A stretch of DNA of 64,000 nucleotides from Spirochaetia bacterium (lineage in GTDB: Bacteria > Spirochaetota > Spirochaetia > UBA9216): assembly GCA_963675665.1 (NCBI GenBank), contig OY776510.1, forward strand, positions 5,086,564-5,150,563, read 5' to 3'. The stretch's first letter is position 1. Each line of letters starts with the position of its first letter. Shown here piece after piece: positions 10,454-19,722 of the stretch. The position numbers and the translations under genes were made by a program. Below the pieces are notes generated by a model. It saw only the letters and a list, made by a program, of their open reading frames with translations, made no database searches and was not told the origin of the DNA.

Positions 10454-11680
10454 CTATTTTATTATTTCAATTCCCAAAGGATATTTGGAAAGGACTTCAC
10501 AATCATTTTTCCTTATAACTATGGGATTCTCATATCTGAAGCCGATATCCTCATCAGAACAGGCATACTGCATTGCGCAAATAAGCATTTCACCTTCCCT
10601 GTATGAATGATCAGGATCAGTCCAGTATGGAATCGGGCCGTCGTCTCTGCCTATGCGCCATTCATCACCCAGCATTCCGATGCCGTGTTCAAAACCCGGC
10701 AGCATATACTCGCCGAAACCTTTGTCTTCCGCTATTCCCAGCAGTTCCTCCGAAAGGATATCGGGAGTTACTCCGGCCTTATACCTTTTAAGCGTTTCCT
10801 GTACTATCAGAATGAAATTCCCGGCGTGCCACATCTGCCGGTCGGTGGCTTTTCCGATAAAGTAGTTATGTGAATGGTCACCAAGACCCAGCCTGAATGT
10901 CGCATGCAGATCCACCATCAGCGGGTCACCTTCAGACAGCTCTTTTCTTGACGGCGGGGTACATGCACATCCGGGAAGCCCGGTCCGGTACCCGCAGGCA
11001 ATTTCGTTACCGCCGGTAAACGACCATTCCCATTCGCTGCCCTGCTTCCGCATTGCAAGCGCCGCAATACCCGCAATTTCCGTTTCGGTAACGCCCTTCC
11101 ATCCGCCGCCGGAAAGCGCGGAAAAAACCGCTTCATGTCCTGCGTCAACCATACGTGAGGCTTCCCTGAAACGATTGACTGTTCCCTCGTCTTTAATGAC
11201 GGCAATACGGTCAACAATATACTGGGCGTTTACCAGCTCGGAGCCTTCAAGCGCATCCCTGAACCCCTGGTATTCGCGGCGGGTAAGATTTCCTTCGGGC
11301 GTGTAATTGCTCATACCGTCTTCAAAGCCAACCCGGCCTTTTCCTCCGGGCAGCGCATCTTTGATATAAGCAGAAACAAGAGAAATCTGATCCATTCCGC
11401 CCATCGAAACATAACCCAACACATGGTCTTCATCCAGCCAGGATTCATCAGCAATCCGGCCCGCATCGATCAGAAATGTAAAAACCCACGGAAGGCCTTC
11501 GGCCGGAATCACAACAAAGCTGCGCCAGGGGCAGAAAGCGTCTGTAGTCCATGATAATGTTCGGAGTCTCGACCCCAGATATACATCAATTCTTTCTTCA
11601 GCCATGGCTGCCTGTATTTTTCTGATTCGTTCGGGAAAATCAACATAGTACGGGCTGTTTTTATCTGTTATAGAAGGCAT
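10454..11680 (-). CDS. M24 (Xaa-Pro peptidase/creatinase) family hydrolase
   Basis: Creatinase-like N-domain; TETEIA, MVDL, GDHS, EHGIG, GFRYEN motifs. Confidence 0.8.
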   Translation of the reverse strand: MPSITDKNSPYYVDFPERIRKIQAAMAEERIDVYLGSRLRTLSWTTDAFCPWRSFVVIPAEGLPWVFTFLIDAGRIADESWLDEDHVLGYVSMGGMDQISLVSAYIKDALPGGKGRVGFEDGMSNYTPEGNLTRREYQGFRDALEGSELVNAQYIVDRIAVIKDEGTVNRFREASRMVDAGHEAVFSALSGGGWKGVTETEIAGIAALAMRKQGSEWEWSFTGGNEIACGYRTGLPGCACTPPSRKELSEGDPLMVDLHATFRLGLGDHSHNYFIGKATDRQMWHAGNFILIVQETLKRYKAGVTPDILSEELLGIAEDKGFGEYMLPGFEHGIGMLGDEWRIGRDDGPIPYWTDPDHSYREGEMLICAMQYACSDEDIGFRYENPIVIRKNDCEVLSKYPLGIEIIK

Positions 11681-12096
11681 CACTCGCCTCCTTCAAATAA
11701 AGTCGGAACCTGGGAAATAACATTGTTCATCCGATCACTTATGGTGACCAGTTTTAAAGCCTTGATCATATTTCCTTTCAGTTTCATTTTTCCGCTCATC
11801 AGGGCTTTTTGCGAACGCAGCTCACCTCTTGATACTTTCGCAAACATTTCATAATCAGCTGTAATAACAAATTCAGCATCAGGCCAGTTATCTCCTTCTC
11901 CCACAGAGACTTCGGCAAACAACCCTTCCTCCATTCTGGTATAGAAATAGTGTTTCTTGCCATCAGGACATTTTTCATATACATTTACCATTGAGGTAGA
12001 TGTATGTTTGTTTGTTTCTGCACTCAGTGTTGATGTAAGTCTTTCCCGGACCGCATCGCACCACTGTTTGCTCAGATACAACAGTTTTTCAGACAT
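11680..12096 (-). CDS. SCP2 sterol/lipid-binding domain protein
   Basis: ADYEMF...GEL...KALMSGKMKLKGNMIKALKL; AGGAGG SD before ATG 12096. Confidence 0.85.
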   Translation of the reverse strand: MSEKLLYLSKQWCDAVRERLTSTLSAETNKHTSTSMVNVYEKCPDGKKHYFYTRMEEGLFAEVSVGEGDNWPDAEFVITADYEMFAKVSRGELRSQKALMSGKMKLKGNMIKALKLVTISDRMNNVISQVPTLFEGGE

Positions 12097-12142
12097 ACTG
12101 AAATCCTCCTCTTTGGCCGGCAGCTGCAACTGTCGGCTTTAT

Positions 12143-12727
12143 TTAAACAAGCACTCCCTTAAGAATTAAATCGATTGCTTCGCTGTAGTAATCCTCAAAC
12201 AAATGCTTATTCGGCAGAATATAGGTTTTAACAATAAACATTACGTATATTGAATAAAACAGGTGACTGATATGGTCCGTATCAAAATCATTCCTGAACA
12301 CTCCCCGTGCTTTTCCCTCTTCAAGAATTGAAGCTATCATTTGAATTGATCTTCCGTGTATGTCGGAAAAAAGACCGCTGTTAATGGGATCTATCGGAAA
12401 AAGGGTTTTATCTTTTATAAAAATCTCTCTTAAAACTGAATCCTCAGCCAGATATCTGTATGACAGTTCGCACATGATACGAAATTTCCTGACAGGATCT
12501 GTTTCGGAGACAAGTTCCGAAAAAACCCGGCCCTGCCATTTCTTCAATCCCCAGGCAACCGCGTCCAAATACAGCTGCTTTTTGGATTTAATAAAGAAGT
12601 ATAGATTGCCTTTTGTCATTCCCAGTCTCCGGGCGATGGATGAAATGTTTGCCCTGCTGTACCCGAAACCGGAAAATTCTTCCAGAGCTGCCTGATATAT
12701 ATCTTCAATCCGTTTTTGTTTATCCAT
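12143..12727 (-). CDS. TetR/AcrR-family regulator
   Basis: AALEEFSGFGY..ANISSIARRLGMTKGNLYFFIKSK. Confidence 0.92.
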   Translation of the reverse strand: MDKQKRIEDIYQAALEEFSGFGYSRANISSIARRLGMTKGNLYFFIKSKKQLYLDAVAWGLKKWQGRVFSELVSETDPVRKFRIMCELSYRYLAEDSVLREIFIKDKTLFPIDPINSGLFSDIHGRSIQMIASILEEGKARGVFRNDFDTDHISHLFYSIYVMFIVKTYILPNKHLFEDYYSEAIDLILKGVLV

Positions 12728-12764
12728 AATTGACCATTTTACCTAATTGTTCAATTAGTCAATT
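12728..12764. promoter_or_regulatory. Nested inverted repeats, likely TetR operator/promoter
   Basis: AATTGAC...GTCAATT enclosing CTAATTG-TT-CAATTAG directly upstream of the tetR ATG. Confidence 0.55.
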
Positions 12765-12878
12765 ATAATGCATATTTTTATATTTACAAGATCTTTTTTA
12801 CATAATCAGATCAACTCATTCAGGATGTATAAGAATATGCTTAATTACTTTATTACTATACCGTCAAAATATCTGCAA

Positions 12879-13619
12879 CTAATTCCCAAGCAGATATCTG
12901 ACGGCTTCTTTAACCGCCATATGGATATTTTCGTTCTTTTTTACAGCTTCTGTAATCCTGTTAACTATATATGATCCGACAATTGCCGCATCACAATGAG
13001 GCTGCAGAGTTTTGACCTGTTCGGGCGTTCTTATACCGAAGCCGGCCATTATCCTTGAATTATATTTTTTCAGCCTGTCGAGAAATCCGAGATTAGTGAC
13101 GTCCAGATCGGTATAGCTCCCGGTTATTCCGCTTCGAAGGGCCAGGTACACCCATTCGGGCTTTTCAGTCATTATCTCCGACAACCTTTCATCATCTACA
13201 TCCGGAACGATAACTGGCACTATATCAATTCCGGCAAGTCTCCCGGCTTCATACAGCCCTTCATCACTGCCGGGCGTAAGGTCGGGAATAATCAGCCCTT
13301 TCACTCCGGAGCTTTTCGCACGCTCAACAAACAGTTTCACACCCATATTAAAAACAATTGCCGAATAGCTCATTATATAAACCGGAACGTCGGCGTATTC
13401 CCTTATTCGTTCAACAAGCCTGAACCCGTCGGCTACCCGAAAACCCGCTTCAAGAGCTTTGCGGCAGGCTGATTCAATAACCGGTCCGTCGGCGGAAGGG
13501 TCAGAAAAAGGAATCTGCATTTCAAGAGCGTAGGCGCCGCCGTCGATTAAACCTTTTGCCGTTTCAAATGATGATTCAAGGTCCGGATACCCTGCTATAA
13601 AATGTGTTACAAGTTTCAT
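12879..13619 (-). CDS. trpA: Tryptophan synthase alpha chain
   Basis: AGYPD, EMQIPFSDPSADGPVI, GITG, GFGI, IVGS. Confidence 0.96.
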   Translation of the reverse strand: MKLVTHFIAGYPDLESSFETAKGLIDGGAYALEMQIPFSDPSADGPVIESACRKALEAGFRVADGFRLVERIREYADVPVYIMSYSAIVFNMGVKLFVERAKSSGVKGLIIPDLTPGSDEGLYEAGRLAGIDIVPVIVPDVDDERLSEIMTEKPEWVYLALRSGITGSYTDLDVTNLGFLDRLKKYNSRIMAGFGIRTPEQVKTLQPHCDAAIVGSYIVNRITEAVKKNENIHMAVKEAVRYLLGN

Positions 13620-14851
13620 TCAATTCTCCCGGCTTCTTCCAAAAGATAAGCCTTCCAGTTTTCGCCGTCGAGTGCGGCAGCCGAAATAAAAATATCCTTG
13701 TCTCCGCGTCCCGACATATTAACGACAAGCGTTTTACCCTTGCCCAGTTCCTTTGCAAGCTCTATAGCAGCCGCCCCGGCATGGGCCGACTCCATTGCAA
13801 AGATTACGCCCTCGGTCCGGGCAAAAAACTTCAACGCCTCAAGGGCCTGCTCATCCGTGGCCGCCTGGAACTCGAGCCTGCCGGTTCTTCCAAGCTCCGC
13901 AAGCTGCGGGCCGATTCCCGGGTAATCAAGTCCCGCCGATATTGAATGGGTCGGCATTACCTGTCCGTCTTCATCAAGCAAAAACCGGCTTTTATATCCC
14001 TGAACAATCCCCGGCCGGCCTGCATCATCCATTCGAACGGCATTGTTGCCCGGTCCGGTTCCGCGGCCGCCTGCTTCAACACCGATCAGCCGGGGTTTAT
14101 TCTCATTTATAAACTGGCTGAAAAAACCTATTGCGTTCGAACCGCCGCCCACACAGGCAACCATTGCATCGATTCCGGCCCCGCCGGCATCTCCGGCATC
14201 TGCCAGCTGCTGTTTTACTTCCCTGCCTATAACCGACTGAAACTCGCGGACCATATCAGGGTACGGCGACGGCCCGAGGGCCGACCCGAGAAGATAGTGG
14301 GTGTCTTTATAGCTTGCAGTCCAGTCGCGGAATGCTTCATTGACGGCATCCTTGAGAGTACGGCTGCCGGATTCAACTCCACGAACCTCGGCTCCGAAGA
14401 GTTCCATCCAGTAAACATTCGGCCGCTGTCGGCGGATATCCTCGGTACCCATATAGATAACACATTCCAGCCCGAGCTTTGCGCAGGCGGAGGCAGTTGC
14501 AACACCGTGCTGGCCGGCGCCTGTCTCGGCTATAATTCGGGTTTTTCCCATTCTTTTTGCAAGCAGGGCCTGGCCAAGCGCGTTGTTTATCTTGTGTGCG
14601 CCGGTATTCGCCAGCCCTTCAAGCTTGATATATATATCGGCCCCGCCCAATTCGGCAGTTGCATTGGCTGCATGCAACAACGGCGTAGGACGCCCTATGA
14701 ATGTTTTCTGAAAATCAGCAAAGGCCGCAATAAAATCAGGATCTTCAATTGCTTCACAGTATGCTTTTTCAAGTTCAATCAACGGAGCCCGCAAAACTTC
14801 AGGAACATATCTTCCGCCGAACTCACCGAAATAGTTATTGTATTTCTGCAT
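13616..14851 (-). CDS. trpB: Tryptophan synthase beta chain
   Basis: FGEFGGRYVPE, TGAHKINN (PLP lysine), AETGAGQHG, SAGLDYPGIGP, SGRGDKD. Confidence 0.97.
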   Translation of the reverse strand: MQKYNNYFGEFGGRYVPEVLRAPLIELEKAYCEAIEDPDFIAAFADFQKTFIGRPTPLLHAANATAELGGADIYIKLEGLANTGAHKINNALGQALLAKRMGKTRIIAETGAGQHGVATASACAKLGLECVIYMGTEDIRRQRPNVYWMELFGAEVRGVESGSRTLKDAVNEAFRDWTASYKDTHYLLGSALGPSPYPDMVREFQSVIGREVKQQLADAGDAGGAGIDAMVACVGGGSNAIGFFSQFINENKPRLIGVEAGGRGTGPGNNAVRMDDAGRPGIVQGYKSRFLLDEDGQVMPTHSISAGLDYPGIGPQLAELGRTGRLEFQAATDEQALEALKFFARTEGVIFAMESAHAGAAAIELAKELGKGKTLVVNMSGRGDKDIFISAAALDGENWKAYLLEEAGRIE

Positions 14852-14887
14852 TTTATTCCCCCGTACCGACAATACCGGCAGCACGTT

Positions 14888-16306
14888 TTATTTCATCAAA
14901 AGCCTGATCATTTTAAAATGGTCTTTTATCCCCGGAGCGGATTCAACTCCGCTTGAGATATCTATCAGTTCCGGAGAAAACCCGTTTATTATATCGTAAA
15001 TATTACCGGGATTTAATCCGCCGGCAAGCCAGAGCGACTGCTGTTTAGCAACCTTCCGAACCAATTCAGTTTCAATACGTTTGCCGGTACCGCCGTGAGC
15101 GTCCCGGCTGAATGCGTCAATTAATACAGCGGGACCGGGCAGACTGCCGGCTTCATCAACTGAATCTGCATCCTTAATTCGGACGGCTTTATAGCCGGGC
15201 CATTTCAAATATTCCGACGGCAGCTCATTTCCGTGGAACTGAACTGCATCCAGAGCGCCCGACTTAAGCAGCGCGACGATCTCACCCGGCAAAAGCTCTT
15301 CCCGGTCAAGAACAACAACTCCCACCTTCAGGATATCGTAACTGCGGCAACTTTCGATAAACTCAGGCTCAACTTTTCTCGGCGATTCGGCAAGAATGAA
15401 TCCTGCGACATCGCCGCCGAGACTGATTACAGCCTCAAGGTCGTCATGGTTTGTTATACCGCATATCTTTACCAGCGGCGCCCCTGTACGGACCCGGCTG
15501 TAAAGCTTTCGCCAGAATTTGAAACGGAAATCATCAGAACTGCGTCCTGATGTAAATGCCGCGGCAAGCTTTTCGGCAAAAGAGGCGTCCCTTACGACGG
15601 CCTCGCCGACAAGGACCGCGTTAAAACCGGAACCCTCAACAAAATCAATGTCGTATTCGGTTTTTATACCTGATTCATAGATTATCCGGCAATCCCAGTT
15701 TATCATGGTTCTGATTTTCAGAGGCTGCAACGGCTTAATTGTAAAAGATTTGAGATCACGGCTGTTAATTCCTACCAAATCGGGGCGGAACCCGGCCGCT
15801 TTTTTAATATCATCTGAACTGTGCAGTTCGACAACCGGCGTCATTCCCAGCTTCAGTCCGAGTTCATACATCGATCGCAGTTTTTCCGAATCAAGAAGCG
15901 ACGCAATAAGAAGAAAGGCATCTGCACCGGCTTTGTAACTGATCTCGACATCTTCTTCCGAAATCAAAAAATCTTTTCGCAGAATCGCGGTCTGAGGCAA
16001 GGCGGTTTTTATTTTAATCAGATCGTCAAGCGACCCGCTGAAATAATTCTGTTCGGTTAGAACGCTGATACTTTTAATACCTGCCGAGACATAATTCCGT
16101 GCCTGGGCAACCGGATCAAGCCCCGTATTGATATTATCAACCGACGGAGAGCGTCTCTTTACCTCGCAGATAACACCGGGCTGCTGTAAAAACGGGACAA
16201 GGGGAAGTATGCGCTCTGAAGGGATCTTTATTCCCTGTGCCGCCCCTTTCTGTTTTATATCCTCAGCACGCCTGGCTGCGATCTCCGCCCTGATATCCGG
16301 TTTCAT
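14888..16306 (-). CDS. trpCF: Bifunctional indole-3-glycerol-phosphate synthase / phosphoribosylanthranilate isomerase
   Basis: EVKRRSPS, LRKDF, GINSRDL, ESGI; then VKICGIT, VQFHGNE, GGTG, LAGGL, DISSGVE. Confidence 0.95.
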   Translation of the reverse strand: MKPDIRAEIAARRAEDIKQKGAAQGIKIPSERILPLVPFLQQPGVICEVKRRSPSVDNINTGLDPVAQARNYVSAGIKSISVLTEQNYFSGSLDDLIKIKTALPQTAILRKDFLISEEDVEISYKAGADAFLLIASLLDSEKLRSMYELGLKLGMTPVVELHSSDDIKKAAGFRPDLVGINSRDLKSFTIKPLQPLKIRTMINWDCRIIYESGIKTEYDIDFVEGSGFNAVLVGEAVVRDASFAEKLAAAFTSGRSSDDFRFKFWRKLYSRVRTGAPLVKICGITNHDDLEAVISLGGDVAGFILAESPRKVEPEFIESCRSYDILKVGVVVLDREELLPGEIVALLKSGALDAVQFHGNELPSEYLKWPGYKAVRIKDADSVDEAGSLPGPAVLIDAFSRDAHGGTGKRIETELVRKVAKQQSLWLAGGLNPGNIYDIINGFSPELIDISSGVESAPGIKDHFKMIRLLMK

Positions 16307-17925
16307 TTTCCTGCCTCTGCCCGTCTTCCCGGCGATTGCGATTTGCGTATAACGGCATTCAGTTTTTCCTTTACCAATCCTGAGTCCAGAGCCTGCCCGG
16401 CTATTTTGCAGCCGGCTTCAATAGTCCCGGTTTTCCCTGCTACCATGAGTGCGGCACCGGCATTAAGAATGCATGCGGCCCTGACGGCCTCAGGACCTTT
16501 ACCTTCAATCAGGCGCAGCGCGGTTGCGGCATTTTCAGCTGCATTCCCGCCGGAAAGGTCTTCGGTACTGTAACCTTCAAACCCGGCTTCAGACGGATCA
16601 AAAGTAAAGTCTGTTTCATTATCATTTTCATCAATCATGTATACACGCGCAGGAGCTGCGGGCGACAATTCATCAAGCCCGTCGTCGCTGTGAACTACCA
16701 TTACCCTTTTTACCCCGGTCATTTTCGCCGCCTTTGCCATGACAGCACAAAGATCTTTTGAGTAGACCCCGATCACCTGGTACTCCGCCTCAGCAGGATT
16801 TACAAGCGGTCCCAAAAGGTTCATTATTGTTTTAACTCCGAGCTCGGCCCTTACCGGTCCCGCGTGTTTCATGGCACCGTGAAATATTGGTGCAAACATA
16901 AACGTAAACCCCTCAGCCTCAAGAAGCTGTTCCGATTCGGAAGGGGTAAGATTATAGTTAATACCAAGTTCCGAATAAAAATCGGCGCTCCCGCTTTTCG
17001 AACTTACCGCCCTGTTGCCGTGCTTTGCAACCTTCACCCCGCAGGCGGAAGCTATCAATGCGGCCAGCGATGATATATTGAAGGTATGCTTTCCGTCTCC
17101 GCCGGTTCCGCAGGTGTCCAGTACCGGACTGCCCGTCTTTACCTGCAGTTTTTTTCGTTTGAGAACCGAGGCGCAACCGGCTATCTCTTCGGAAGTGATT
17201 CCCTTGCAGTTAAGCGCCGTCAGTATTGCAGATATAAATACGGGGCTGAGCGCACCTTCCGTAAGCTCATCCATAAAATCAGCAGCTTCTTCAAAACTCA
17301 ACGAACCTTTTTCCTGAAGCCGTGAAAGCATTCCTTTTCTGTCCAGCGGCTCCCGCTTATAACGGATAAAATTCTTCAAAATTGTCCTGCCGGCTTCTAT
17401 ACAGCCGATTGATTCCGGGTGAAACTGCACTCCCTCTACAATCATTTCCTTATGACGCAGACCCATAATCTCGCCGTCATCGCTTTCAGCCGTTATCTCA
17501 AGGCATTCGGGAAGGCTTGCACGCTCAGCCGCCAGCGAATGATATCGCGTAAACCCGGCTTCAGACGGCAGATTACGGAACAGTCCCTTTCCGTCCAGGC
17601 TGATCTTTTCCACCTTGCCGTGAACAATATTCGCAGCCTGTACTATTCTTCCGCCGAAACATTCGGCAATTGCCTGATGTCCCAGACATATCCCTAAAAT
17701 CGGGACCGAACCGCTGAAAAACCTGATAACCTCTATGGAAATACCAGCCTCGGAAGGAGCTCCCGGTCCCGGTGAAATAATAATCCTCGACGGATCTGTT
17801 TTTTTCAGTTCATCAACGGTAATTTTATCATTACGGTAGACTTTTATTTCCTCATCCGTGATGCAGGAAATCTCCTGAACTATGTTATATGTAAATGAAT
17901 CATAATTATCTATAACTGCAATCAT
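16303..17925 (-). CDS. trpGD: Bifunctional anthranilate synthase component II / anthranilate phosphoribosyltransferase
   Basis: IDNYDSFTYN, SPGPG, GICLGHQ, QFHPES; then DTCGTGGDG, KHGNRAVSSKSGSAD. Confidence 0.95.
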   Translation of the reverse strand: MIAVIDNYDSFTYNIVQEISCITDEEIKVYRNDKITVDELKKTDPSRIIISPGPGAPSEAGISIEVIRFFSGSVPILGICLGHQAIAECFGGRIVQAANIVHGKVEKISLDGKGLFRNLPSEAGFTRYHSLAAERASLPECLEITAESDDGEIMGLRHKEMIVEGVQFHPESIGCIEAGRTILKNFIRYKREPLDRKGMLSRLQEKGSLSFEEAADFMDELTEGALSPVFISAILTALNCKGITSEEIAGCASVLKRKKLQVKTGSPVLDTCGTGGDGKHTFNISSLAALIASACGVKVAKHGNRAVSSKSGSADFYSELGINYNLTPSESEQLLEAEGFTFMFAPIFHGAMKHAGPVRAELGVKTIMNLLGPLVNPAEAEYQVIGVYSKDLCAVMAKAAKMTGVKRVMVVHSDDGLDELSPAAPARVYMIDENDNETDFTFDPSEAGFEGYSTEDLSGGNAAENAATALRLIEGKGPEAVRAACILNAGAALMVAGKTGTIEAGCKIAGQALDSGLVKEKLNAVIRKSQSPGRRAEAGK

Positions 17926-17938
17926 GTCCGCCCTCGTG

Positions 17939-19339
17939 TCAGATTTCTATTCCGGCGGCCAGCGCCGCCGCCCTGAGTTTTTCATTGGTTTCTTCAAGTT
18001 CGCGCTCAGGCGTCGAATCGTAAACAACACCGCCGCCGGCCTGCAGGTACAACCTGTCCTGCTTTTTTAACCCGCTGCGTATTGTAATGCATGTATCAAG
18101 ATCTCCGGATGCATCCATATATCCTACCAGTCCGGCGTAAAATCCCCGGTTACAGTCCTCTATCTTTGATATCGTCTCGATAGCCTGGATTTTTGGCGCC
18201 CCGCTTACGGTGCCGGCCGGGAAACTTGCTCTTACCGCGTCGGTGCTGTCGCAGTCGTCACGAAGCTCGCCTTCAACCTGCGAAACAATATGCATGACCT
18301 TCGAGTATTTTTCGATCATCATGTATTCCGTCACCTTTACAGTTCCGGTTTTACATACCCGGCCGAGATCGTTCCGGGCCAGATCAATCAGCATAAGATG
18401 TTCAGCCCGTTCTTTCGGATCTGCCAGAAGCTCCTCTGAAAGAGCAAGATCTTCAGCTTCATTTCTCCCACGTCTCCGCGTACCGGCTATGGGCCTGAGT
18501 ATAACTTTTCCGTTTTTAACCTTCACCTGGACCTCAGGCGAAGCCCCGTACAGCTGGTAATTTCCAAAATCTATATAAAACAGGTATGGCGACGGATTCG
18601 CGGTACGCAGATTACGATATGCATCAAGCGCACTGATATCGGTTTTTATCTCCAGTCTTCTTGACGGCACTCCCTGCAGAAGGTTGCCTTTTATAACCTC
18701 TTCACGGATTACAGCAACATTCTTTCTGTAGGTTTCCGCAGCTTCCTCATTATTCAGCAATTGAGCAGGGGCGATCTCGGGGCGATCAGCCATGTAGTTG
18801 AAATTCAGATCAAAGATTTTTTTCTCAATTCTTGCCAGTTCGTATTCAAGATCAATTTCATAACCCGGATAGTTGAGAACAAGAATGTATATTTCATCAG
18901 TGTAGTGATCAAAAATCAGGAACGAGTTCCCGAAAATAAACGCCGCATCCGGCAGACCAAGCTCATCATGCCTTTCTTCAAAGACAATATCATCGCAAAA
19001 ACGGGCGAATTCAAATGATAAAAAACCGAACCCTCCGGCGGGGAACGGAAAATCGTGTTCGGCATTACTGTGAAACATTGCAAAACGTTTTACAGCATCA
19101 AGAATATCGCGACCGCAATTAACAATCTTTTTTCGGCGCCCGTCTGTTGTTATCAGAAAAGACATTTCTCCGTTTTGAATAATCCGGAATGCTTCGTTAA
19201 GCAGAAGCAGCGAATACCTTTCGCGTCCCTTGCTCAGCGATGACGATTCCAGTATTGCTGCAGCATTCAGCTTGCATGCCAGCGCAAAGGGGGTAAATTT
19301 TTCCCCGGGAATTTTTTTTACAAGATGATTTCGACTCAT
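17939..19339 (-). CDS. trpE: Anthranilate synthase component I
   Basis: NPSPY, GASPE, PIAGTRRRG, KERAEHLMLIDLARND, PAGTVSGAPK; likely start is ATG 19339 (SD GGGGAG), since the track's TTG at 19417 is the -35 box. Confidence 0.95.
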   Translation of the reverse strand: MSRNHLVKKIPGEKFTPFALACKLNAAAILESSSLSKGRERYSLLLLNEAFRIIQNGEMSFLITTDGRRKKIVNCGRDILDAVKRFAMFHSNAEHDFPFPAGGFGFLSFEFARFCDDIVFEERHDELGLPDAAFIFGNSFLIFDHYTDEIYILVLNYPGYEIDLEYELARIEKKIFDLNFNYMADRPEIAPAQLLNNEEAAETYRKNVAVIREEVIKGNLLQGVPSRRLEIKTDISALDAYRNLRTANPSPYLFYIDFGNYQLYGASPEVQVKVKNGKVILRPIAGTRRRGRNEAEDLALSEELLADPKERAEHLMLIDLARNDLGRVCKTGTVKVTEYMMIEKYSKVMHIVSQVEGELRDDCDSTDAVRASFPAGTVSGAPKIQAIETISKIEDCNRGFYAGLVGYMDASGDLDTCITIRSGLKKQDRLYLQAGGGVVYDSTPERELEETNEKLRAAALAAGIEI

Positions 19340-19376
19340 CCGATTCTCCCCGGACGGCATCCCGTCCGTTTCTGCA

Positions 19377-19417
19377 TATAGTAACGTTACTATAAAAAGA
19401 AACGTGAAAACTGTCAA
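19377..19417 (-). promoter_or_regulatory. trp operon promoter with an 18-bp palindromic operator
   Basis: TTGACA(19417-19412)-N17-TATAGT(19394-19389); perfect palindrome TATAGTAACGTTACTATA at 19377-19394. Confidence 0.8.
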
Positions 19418-19472
19418 GAGGAACGGTGGTGTTTCTTCACAAAGAAACGTATATTAATAAAAAACGAAATCT

Positions 19473-19660
19473 TTATATGCTGTTTCGCCGTAAAAGCACA
19501 TAGGTCCGATTAAACACTTCTGCTTCGGCACTGTCGTACACTACTACCGTATATGAATCGGCTGTCGCAATCGCCCCGGAGCTATCTGCTGTCCGGGAAT
19601 CGCCGGCGGCTGCATTCTGAAGCCAGGGAGAAAAGCGGGGGATTGCAAGCCTCAGGCCGG
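19473..19660 (-). pseudogene. Possible lipoprotein gene fragment with no start codon
   Basis: Open frame GLRLAIPRFSPWLQNAAAGDSRTADSSGAIATADSYTVVVYDSAEAEVFNRTY...* looks protein-like but has no in-frame start. Confidence 0.35.
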
Positions 19661-19722
19661 ACTCAGGTCTTCATGCTTTTCATCCCCGCTTAATAAACTG
19701 TAATTTCCAGGGTTCCGTTGCC

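Noticed and set aside
13946-14956. 336-aa plus-strand ORF, and many similar short ORFs in the track
   Set aside because: Antisense shadows of well-supported genes (here trpB), with no motifs or RBS
14888-17925. trpCF and trpGD fusions as novelty
   Set aside because: Both fusions are well known
19340-19720. T-box or Trp leader peptide upstream of trpE
   Set aside because: No T-box consensus in the right orientation and no tandem Trp codons; a strong promoter sits directly upstream of trpE
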